Source: Macrostomum lignano
Lineage: Eukaryota
Length of the DNA: 64,000 nt
Reading direction: 5' to 3'
Assembly (NCBI GenBank): GCA_002269645.1
Contig: NIVC01000415.1
Span: forward strand, 124,001-188,000
Shown here piece by piece: positions 23,766 through 33,952 of this stretch (positions are counted from its first letter, which is position 1; every line of letters starts with the position of its first letter). The position numbers and the translations under genes were made by a program. The notes beneath the pieces were generated by a model, which made no database searches, was not told the DNA's origin, and was given only the letters and a program-made list of their open reading frames with translations.

Positions 23766-26700
23766 CTCTTACAGGGAACTGGAGGCCACCGACATTGTCT
23801 ATCTCATCGCCGTCATTATCAGTCGGTGCTGAAGAAGTCGACGAAGTAGATTTTGTATCGTGCCGTCGGCGCGGCAACGGCAGTGAATTATCGCCGGCGT
23901 CCCCATCGCAGTTGAGACCGTTAGCATGGCCAAGACCAATAGATTCGTCTTTTTCTACGTCGTTGTTTTGCTGACGAAGCTCAGTAGTAGCCGATGCCAC
24001 AGGAGCCCGCTCGGAAGGTATATTGACGTAGCCTTCAGCTACAGGGAAACTACTACTACTAGCAGTAGCATCGCAAGAATCTATGCCAGGATTCCTACCA
24101 GCATAAGCGGCAGACGAGAATACACTAGTAGTAGTAGCTGACAAGTATATGTAATCCTCCGAAGCTGCCGCTGCCGCCGCCGCAGCGACCTCAGTTGAGC
24201 TTGACGGCGCTGAGGCGGCGGCGGCGCCAGCTAAAACAGGCGCCGCCAGGCCAGCTGGTCCAAGATCTACGGCTGAGTGCAGGCCGCAGGCTCGGCAGAG
24301 CGCCTCGACCCAGCGCGTAGCGGCGGCCGGATTATCGGCTAGGAAATGATAGCGCCGCTGGTCGCACCGGCTTCTGTTTGGATCGCCGGATACTAGCACG
24401 GAGAAAGCGCACCTGCGTGAGCGTGTTTTGATTGCGAAGAATTTTCAGACAAAAAGATTCTTATTACTTATGAATGGGTACTTCGACTTGTAACTGTAGG
24501 ATTTCGACTCTTCGAATGTGGCCTTCCGCTTTTAAGAATGAGGATTTCTTTTCTAAGATTGGGGATTCCGACTCCAAGAAAGTGATTTCCACTCTAAATA
24601 TGGGATGTTTTACTCTAACAAACTCTAACATTGGGGATTCCGACTTTAACAAATGGGGATTTCGACTCTAACAATGGGATTTTCGACTTTAACAATGGGG
24701 ATTTAGACTATAAATATGGGGATTTTTACTCTAATAATAGGGATTTTTACTCTTACAATGGGATTTTCGACTCTAACAATGGGGAGTTAGACTATAAGCA
24801 TGGGGATTTTTACTCTAATAATAGGGATTTTTACTCTTACAATGGGATTTTCGACTCTAACAATGGGGAGTTAGACTATAAGCATGGGGATTTTTACTCT
24901 AATAATAGGGATTTTTACTCTTACAATGGGATTTTCGACTCTAACAATGGGGAGTTAGACTATAAGCATGGGGATTTTTACTCTAATAATAGGGATTTTT
25001 ACTCTTACAATGGGATTTTCGACTTTAACAATGGGGAGTTAGACTATAAGTATGGGGATTTTTACTCTAATAATAGGGATTTTTACTCTAATAATAGGGA
25101 TTTTTACTCTTACAATGGGATTTTCGACTCTAACAATGGGGAGTTAGACTATAAGCATGGGGATTTTTACTCTTAAAAAGGGGAATTCGACTCTAACAAT
25201 GGGGATTTCGATTCTAACAATGGGAATTTCGACTTTAACAATGGGGATTTCGATTCTAACAATGGGAATTTCGACTCTAACAATGAGGATTTCGATTCTA
25301 ACAATGGGAATTTCGACTTTAACAATGGGGATTTCGATTCTAACAATGGGAATTTCGACTCTAACAATGGGGATTTCGATTCTAACAATGGGAATTTCGA
25401 CTCTAACAATGAGGATTTCGATTCTAACAATGGGAATTTCGACTTTAACAATGGGGATTTCGACTCTAACTATGGGGATTTTGACTCAATTGGTATTTTG
25501 ACTCTATGGGGATTTCGACTCTACAATGGAGATTTCGACTCCAACGATGGGGATCTCGACTCTAACAATGGGGAAGTTGAGTCTTACAATGAGGATTTCA
25601 ACTCAAAACCTAATAGAAAGCAAAAGATGGTCAATAACCTCTGCAGCCAGTCGGCCTCCTCTGAATAGTCTGCAACCGAATCCGACACAGCTTCCTCGCT
25701 GTAGGCGTCATTATCGACGCCAACGCCGGTTTGGCGACGCGGTCGACACGGTATGAGATTAGTTGGCAGCGTTGCCATGGCGTTGCTAGGCGGACGATGA
25801 CGAACTGCGACGCTGCGCACACGGGCCAGATCGATGCTGCCTTTCAAACGACGATGACTACGAGCTGAAGATTTCTCGTTGGGGCCGGCGCTGCTGGCGG
25901 GCTTGTTGTAGTAGGCAAGCGAGCGACCACTGTCGGATATTGTCAGTTCAAAGTAGCGCCTGCGCCATTTCTGTTTGAAACGGGAGTCAGATTATTTTTA
26001 ATTTTTTAGAATAAAAAGCTGTCTTTATCACAGATACTATAAACACTGTATATAGTGTTTATAGTGTTTATAGTATCTGTGGTCTTTATTAAAAAATACA
26101 TGTAGGGGGCCGTAGCCCAGTGGTCAAGCACAGGCGCTCTGATGTGCCAGCGACCCAGGCTCGATTCCTAGTGCAGTCGCATTAATTTGGGGCTGATTCG
26201 AAATCTCGGCTTGGCTCTGCTCGCGCAATAAACACCCTTGAGGACAAACCACCAAAGACAGTGAAGTGTACATGCCTTAAACGATAAATAAAGTTAGGGC
26301 CGCTGTACACTCCTGTGTGAGTGTGCCTGCACTGGAGTCAGTGGAATGGGCAGTAACGTATCTCGTTAGTTGTGAGACAGCCCAAAGCCTCTAAAAACGC
26401 GTCTGACTCCAGTGCTAATGTATACCTTTCCCTCAAGTTTGATTCCATGCATAGACACATTAATTTGATGTTTGTTCGTGAGAGCCAACACCCAAGGCGT
26501 AGAGTTCCCGCTACCCAACAAGTATGCAGAAACCAGGGCTGCTGTACGTCTTGTGTAAGTCAAGGACTACTTAAGTAAGACGTGAAACTACATTTCTTGG
26601 AAAATTTTAGTTGTGTCATTTTTATGATTTTATGGTTATAAGAATCTTAATTTTCTAAACAAAAAGCTTTATAAACATCAATAGAGCTATAAGAAATATC

Positions 26701-27290
26701 AAAATATGAGCATTGGGTTTGCCTTTTATGTCCATTATGATTTATTTTCAGTAAAACCCTGCCCTCTTAAAGTTTTCCAAGAAATGCAGTTTTCTATCCT
26801 TCTATTTGAATAGTACTTCGTATAAGCGTGCTTAGTGGCCAGCTGGTTGCACACCAATTATGGCCTTGAATTGTTGTTATGCCCACTGCCCCACTGAAAA
26901 GTGACTAAGTAGACTACTAGGCCTACAAATAGATCAGTGGTGGCTACTGGTGAGGGCAACTGGCAACAGGCCTACTGCAAAGTGATCAAGTAAAAAAATA
27001 GAAAATTCAAAGCTATTTTTACTGCCTAAAATGTTTTTATATAATACAAGGCTCTCATGATAATAGATTATCAATTTATCAGCTGAATAATAATTAAAAA
27101 TTAAGAAACAGACAATAATCCATTTCTGGAATAACTAATTAAATAAGTCATTAAACAGATTAAAATACATTTGTGTACTTACAGGCAACAACTTTTTTGG
27201 CCTCTTAATGTGCCTGAAAATACTTCGATTTAAATCAGGTGGTGACTTTACTAGCCACCCTTTGTTAATGACAATTGATTTGTCATCCAT
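23219..27290 (-). CDS. GAB: Gab / Daughter-of-sevenless (DOS) family PH-domain docking adaptor, 4 exons, 420 aa
   Basis: Exons 27290-27183, 25970-25639, 24412-23773 and 23401-23219 in consistent phase. PH-domain signatures GWLVKSPP, KWRRRYFEL, KGSIDL, RRYHFLADNPAAATRWVEALCRACGL. The C-terminal tandem tyrosines NYAQLD and VEYATVDAMRTLAL match the Gab/DOS SHP2-binding tail (Gab1 VDYVVVDQQKTLAL). Confidence 0.88.
23542..23768. repeat. (GTCT)n microsatellite in Gab intron 3
   Basis: Tetranucleotide tract between the donor at 23772 and the acceptor at 23402. Confidence 0.95.
24480..25610. repeat. 21-bp minisatellite with an 84-bp higher-order repeat, in Gab intron 2
   Basis: Monomer GGGATTTCGACTCTAACAATG; a four-monomer unit recurs with period 84 (for example 24757 and 24841). 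Confidence 0.92.
26105..26400 (+). mobile_element. tRNA-derived SINE in Gab intron 1
   Basis: tRNA-like head GGGGCCGTAGCCCAGTGGTCAAG (A box) and GGCTCGATTCC (B box), followed by the shared core GTACATGCC...AAAGTTAGGGCCGCTGTACAC. Confidence 0.7.
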
Positions 27291-29639
27291 GCAGATTCTC
27301 AGTTCTGAAATTTTATGATTTATAAAAAATTATAATTTATATAATTTATTCTTTTTATAGCATACTTAGTAGTAATATGTACTAATAAATTGGAAATGCA
27401 TTTTTTTGTTAGCTTTAGCCTACCTATAAGCTTAAAATTTATAATTTGCTATTTTATTAAACAATAGAGCCTATTATTATGGCTCTTATCTTCTATCCTT
27501 AAGAATGATTCATTTAATATCAGCTATGACAGGCAATATATCTTTATCTTAGAAAAGAGCTGCCACCTAAGTTGTTCCAGATCTACTTTCTCTACTGTAC
27601 TTTAATTTCTATGGTTGCACTTTCTAACTCTGGTCTTAGTATTCTTCTATTAGTGCCTAATGTATCATGGCCTAAGCATGCACTGATTTCCAATTCAAGT
27701 GTTACTAAGATTAGAGGGTCATGGCAATACTTTTAGTAAATTCTATTAGAATCCCCTGCCCAAACAATCAATTTGTTCAACTTTCAATGTTAATTTCAAA
27801 GGACGGATTAGTTATATTGTGAACCAATAAGCTTTTAGAGTGGTAAGTGACAGACAGCTATTTGTTTATTGCAGAGCAATTATTTTGCTTTCTATTACAT
27901 AGAACATGAAGGAAGTGAGACTATATTTAAACACATAAAGAGTCAATAAGGTTTTGTATCAGGTTTGAAGTCAATTGCTTTATATGGATCAAACATGATA
28001 GCCAAAAGTTAATCTGGCCACTGGCCAGATAAGGGAAGGAGAAAGAGGCACAGGTTTGGGGTGGCTATCTTGCTGAAAAAAGCAGACTAACTTTAAAAGT
28101 GCATAGCACCATTAAGAATTAACTTTGAGACTCAAAATTTTATACAATTGTGTCAAAGTAGTTAAAGATTGTTTGTGTCAAATTTGAGAGGATTGGTAAA
28201 AGTGGAGCAATGCTATGGATATAAAGGATTAAGAAAAAATCACATTTTTAGCAGTTTTTGTACTTTTAGATAAGAGGAAAGACTTGGATTGAATAAATTT
28301 AATAGTAGCCTAATAGTAGCCTAAGACATAAAGACATTTTCCATAATGAGTTTAAGGTAGGTGCAAAAGTTGGTGTAATTTGGTTGAGCAGTTTAGGAAT
28401 TTATACCAAAGGCCATAATAAACAAATTTGTATACAGACAGACATATAAACATATAGTTATTTTTATAGTTAGAGATTTGTGTCACTACTAATTAACAAC
28501 AAAAGGAGAGTCAATAGTTAAAGTCAATGGTCAAAAAAGAGTAATTAGGTGCAAATTAAATTATCTTGATTAGTCCTATTAGGTTTTTTTGCAAAATTTT
28601 AAAATTGAAAATTATAATTTTGTGAGTTTAGCTAGCTAAATTGCTACTTACTAAAGGATTATTATTCATATTGGCACTGAAAAAAATAAATATAGTCAGT
28701 GATGTAGTGTACTTATAATATTACAATATTTGTTTTCTAGTATTTTCTTTTTCTACAATTAAAACTTTTTTCTTAGAAAAAATAATGTTCAAATTTCTGC
28801 TAAAATGTTTTGTTTTAATGTTGTAATATGAAATAATATTTTCTAGATATTTTTGTTTAATACTTGTTCCCAAAATAATAGAAAGCCTAAAAGAACCAAG
28901 AAAAGTATTCTTTTTATGAGCTTTCTCTAACTTTTGAATAGTTTTAATAATCCTAAAAATTGTTCAGTGAGGTTGATTCAGCTTATTCATTTCTAAAGGA
29001 TTAGGCCTAAGAAACCCAAGTTGGGAAAATTAGAACTATTGAAATCAAGAATTACTAGCCTAGGGGGCCTAAGTAGACTGAGAAAGATCACCTTGGCTTA
29101 GAGCAATAAATTGCCTTAGAGTAGTAAATTGCCCCAGGGCAATAAAATGCTTAGAAGCTACGATCCTCTAATCTTAGCAATGCCTAGGACTGAAAGAAGG
29201 ACCCTTTTAAAGAATAAAACAAAAATATAAAAACAGCCTAATGGGGTAAACAGTGCCATAAGACTGCTTAGGCCTGTAAATATTTAAATAAATATAGGCC
29301 ATACTATCAGAAATATTCATGCAATATCTATGAAACTATAAATAAGTATTAAGAATTATTAGAACAACCTTGGTGATAGCAATAAGAATATAAGATCATC
29401 ACAAAAGATATAAATTATAAATTAGCTCCTAGTAGATACCTTTTAGTGACAGCAATTAAGATTTAAAGAAAGAAGTTTGGCCTTTTAATAACATTGGTAG
29501 CCTTTTAGGATACTTACTTAGTGAGAAGAAGTATCCCTACCATAGTTGATAGCTAAGTGGTAGAATTGAAGAAAAACCCTATGTAATGTCATTTGTATAG
29601 CAAGCTTGGTCTAGAAAGCTAGAATATAATGATAACACT

Positions 29640-29866
29640 CAGGCGCCACGGAACGAGTTTTTGCCAGAGGGGGCAAGAGTCGCAAGACCAAGTTTCCAAA
29701 ACTCAATCCCAGACCCTGTCTTGGACAATGACCAAAAATTTGAGCAAAATTATGCTGTTGAACCATTGAACAGTATTTGAGGGGGGGGGGCAATGCCCCC
29801 CCCCCAACTCAATGTCAGGGGGCCCAGCTGCCCCCCCCCCCTGCCCCCTCTGTTCCGCGGCGCCTG
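29640..29866. mobile_element. hAT-like MITE
   Basis: TIR CAGGCGCCACGGAAC / GTTCCGCGGCGCCTG; degenerate 8-bp TSD ATAACACT / GTAACATT (6 of 8 match). Confidence 0.7.
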
Positions 29867-31113
29867 GTAACATTGCATTTATAGAGATTAGGCCTAAGAT
29901 TGATTTTAAATTATTCCTAAAGTGTCAAACTTCCAAAAAGTATATTACCACTTTATTTATAAGTAGGCCTATAAAAATTCGTAAGGTAGAAAGTATGCTT
30001 GGCTAAGTTTTATCAAACAAAGGAAATATATTGGTTAAATTAAAAATATTCAATTAGTATATATGTTTGTCTTTTTTTGAACAATCAGTGCTGGCTTAAG
30101 AAAATTAATAATACCTTACTAAGGTAGGCTAACTAATAAAGTCCTAAGGTCCTTAATTATTTAAAGTAAAAAGTACTTCAAAGCACTTAGCTATTGTTAA
30201 ATTAGGGCTCACTTTTTTCTTTTTCTTTTTTGTGTCAAATTCTAATTTAGAATTTAGGACCCAAAAAGCAAACTGAAGCACAAAAAGGAATGGATACCCT
30301 GGCCAGCCTAAATGGTTAGTGTTAGGCCTAACTTTATACAGATAACAGACGTGCATACCTGTGGTGTGGCTGTAATCAGTGTAATGTAATGTACATGTGA
30401 GTTTATAGTAGATATACTGATACATTTGTAGAGTATATTTACACAGCATTGTGATTTAGTATGTAATAGTCTATACTCACTTTCGTCTATTTTTACACGC
30501 TAATAGATAGTTATGTTTATTCTTTTATTTTATGCGAATAAGTAGGCACTATTTTTTTACACGCAAAGTATACTTGACTTGTTCAAAAATAGTTTTTAGT
30601 AGCAAAATTGAATCCGCGCGAAGCTAATTTTTTTCAAAAGGTAAAATATTATCGCGAATAATGTTTGTTAAAAATGAGGTCCCCCTAGAACCCAAGGACG
30701 ACTTAAGTCGTCCTTGCTAGAACCATGTATGAGCTGACTGACCCCTATCAGCAATCACCCATCACCCCTATCGATTTTATTTTTTATTAACAGATAAAAC
30801 TACAGATCCTAAAAATAATTATAATAAATCAAAACCTGAGAATCAAGAAATCAAGATACTTAGATACAATACATTTGATCGTAACAAAGCAAGGCTTTTG
30901 TTTTTCTTGTTTAGGGCTAAAAGAAGCAGACCCTTTTCTGGTTGAAAACGGCACTAATTGGTCTATATCTAATCTTTGCTAACCATGAAGCGCACAAATA
31001 GGACACCAGCGAAGTCTAGTGATGCTAAAGTAATTAAGAGTTCAGAGACTTTTTTTAATGAAGTCTTTCCTGAGGATTACAATGTGAGTATTAGCATTTG
31101 GTGTAGTCCTCTC

Positions 31114-32043
31114 TAGGGATTCCAAAATCCCGACATTTTACAATCCCGGGATTGAATAGTCCCGAAATCCCGATGCTGTTGAAATCCCGGGATTCAAAAT
31201 CCCGGAATCCCGGTGCTTTTGCAATCCCGGGATTAAAAATCCCGGGATTCGATTCCAAAAAAAATCCCGGGATTCAAATCCCGGATTTTTGGCCCCAATC
31301 CCGGGATCCCGGGATCCCGGGATTGGAATCCTAAGACGGACTGTGCGGCGTGCCGCGTGCAGTAGTCATGGTCTCGCGACTCTCAGAGTCTCAGGGCCTT
31401 TTCATGTTACCAATTCCAGAACCAGAATCGGTTCGGAATTCCAAGAAAAACAGCAGTATAACTATTAAACTCTGTTAATATTTGACTGCCTTAACAGCCT
31501 CACTTTGCACGATTTTTCACTTTCTTTTTGGCGACTGTCATTCAATAATAAAAACTTTATAGCACGTATCTCCCTATAGTTATGGAGACAAAAAGTTATA
31601 CTTCACAAATTGGTTCTGCTTCTGGAACCAGAACAAGCACTATGAAAAGGCCCTCAGTCTCGTCTCGTGGTGGAAAACGAAAAAAGTTAAAATTATCTAT
31701 CATTTACAGTTCACATTAACAATTTTTAGATCAATTAGGACAGGAGCTTTGCAAATGTTTAGCGTTTCATTGAGAAACAGCAAAAACAAATAAATGTTTT
31801 ATTATTCAAATAAACGTTTAGACTTTAAATTATCTAATTTAGGCATTGAAAGGTTGTTCTAATCCCGGACCAATCCCGGGATTAAGGCCTTGAAATCCCG
31901 GGATCCCGATCCCGGACTTTTGCAATCCCGGGATTAAAAATCCCGGGATTCGATTCCCAAAAAAATCTCGGGATTCAAATCCCGGATTTTTGGCCCCAAT
32001 CCCGGGATCCCGGGATCCCGGGATCCCGGGATTGGAATCCCTA
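31114..32043. mobile_element. Composite hAT-type element: two ATCCCGGGA-rich modules flanking cargo, bounded by an 8-bp TSD
   Basis: TIR TAGGGATTCC / GGAATCCCTA; TSD GTCCTCTC at 31106-31113 and 32044-32051. Confidence 0.8.
31394..31653. mobile_element. PIF/Harbinger-type MITE nested in the composite hAT element
   Basis: TIR GGGCCTTTTCAT / ATGAAAAGGCCC; 3-bp TNA-type TSD TCA on both sides. Confidence 0.75.
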
Positions 32044-33952
32044 GTCCTCTCCTATGAAATATATTATATATTTTCATGTATAATAATTTATTTTATGTTA
32101 ATTTTTAACTGCTACTAATAATACTTTAAAAATTAAAGCATTGTTCTACTCCCAAATGGGGCAAATATGCTGAAAAACTTTGGCATACAACATATGTGAA
32201 AAAATGGTTGGCATAAAAAATCTGGTGTATGAAACCAACTGTTGGAAAATTTTGCCACAGAGCCAGCATATATTGTAGCTGTTGGCATAAAGGCTACGGC
32301 TACAGAAGACCAAAATATTGTAATGCAAAAAAGGATTGTATTGTCATAATACAATTGCAAAAAGGTCCAACTCCAAACTTTATTATTGCAATGCCCTTCT
32401 GATAATGTCAAGCAATATATCACTAAATGACTAATAAATTTGTTTTTTTTATGGGCCTAGTATTAACTTGACATTATAATAATAATTATAAGGGGTCACT
32501 TTCTAGCATACCATGTAACAAATTTGAGAATATATAACTAGAAGCATTGTTGCTATTTATCAAACAATCTAGGAAAATAGACCTCTTCTAATCAGTAGGC
32601 CTAATTCAGATCATTAATAGAAACTAATTATAATATAAGATTAAAGATACTCTAGGCCTAATTTAAATCTTAGTGGAGTAGTTCATTTATCTAGGACTAG
32701 GCCTAGTTAGGTTAGATGCTATAATTTAGATCCCTTAGACTCCCTTGATATTCTTGAATTAGGCCTAGGCCTACTAGAGCTAAGGGTAAAATATTGACAA
32801 GAGAAAAACATTAAAATTAGAAAAAAACTTAAAAAAAAATTTAGAGAAAAAACTTGAATAAAAAATGATAAAGAACAAACAAATTAATGAAAAAATAATT
32901 ATAATTTTGTTATTTGGTTTTTGAAGCTAAAATAATAAAGTATTTAAATTTTAGATAAAACAAATATATATTTACAAAAAAACTTTTTAGATATAAAATA
33001 ATAGTGAACCTAAACTATGCCTAAGGCTTTATTATATTTTCATAAAAAAACTGTTTTACTACTAGCTAAGTAAAATTTTGGATATTATACATATTTAATT
33101 GTAAAATTTTAGTGAGGCCTAAAAATTAAGTCTAAGACTTTAAGTGTCATCCTCTTGATGGCCCAGCTGATAGTGAGATCAAAATCAATTTGGTATTTTT
33201 TAATCAATTTTTAAACTTTTTTACAATGTTTTACATATTTTTTCATCTAAAGAGTTTAATTTTAATATGTTTATATGTCTCTTAATCTATTTAATGGTGT
33301 AATAATAAGTAACTTTGATTTTCTACACTTTGTTATCTAATGATTCTTATAATGATTCATAATTAACAGTCAATGGTAAATAGGCAATAGTGTCAATAGT
33401 AGTAGGCATAGTAGTGCATCACTAGTTTTCACATATTTTAGAACTTAGTCTTTGTGTATGTATACCTAGGTGTTATCAATCAGGTTTGTATAAAGATAGT
33501 ATATTAGGGTCCCTATAAAATAGAGGCATAGATTTACTACTTTATGGTTTAGCAGGGTATTTTATGCCTACATGACCCTGGAGAAAATACTATGCAATGA
33601 TTGATAGCATAGTGGTAGCCAGATTCGCCAGATGTATGGGCACCAGTGTAAATTTCATTGTACCATGCTTGGTCATGCTTAGTACCAATATTGTCTAGGT
33701 CAGGAGGCATCCGGATGAAACTTGCAATGCATGAAATAGGCTATCTCCCAATGATTCTGTAAACAGCCTAGGTAATTCTGTGACTGAATGTGTTTTCGGT
33801 CATGCCTAACCTTTATTTAGTTTAACCTAAATCATTGGTAGTAAAAAAGTGGCAGTCAAAATGCTCCCATACTACTCTCGCAACAACTATTTCAGTAGTG
33901 CAATAACATATTATTGATTTTTTCACTCTTACTTTCACTTCGCCAAAAACAG

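Noticed and set aside
23464-23772. Continuation of the 311-aa ORF through TDRQ repeats to a stop at 23464
   Set aside because: A GTAAGA donor at 23772 and an in-phase acceptor at 23402 remove the microsatellite and restore the conserved Gab C-terminus.
24631-25501. NNGDFDS-repeat and MGISTLT-repeat ORFs
   Set aside because: They are translations of the 21-bp intronic satellite in Gab intron 2. The flanking Gab exons splice in phase around it.
26105-26180. Intact tRNA gene
   Set aside because: A and B boxes are present, but there is no proper cloverleaf or acceptor stem, and it continues into a SINE body shared with other copies.
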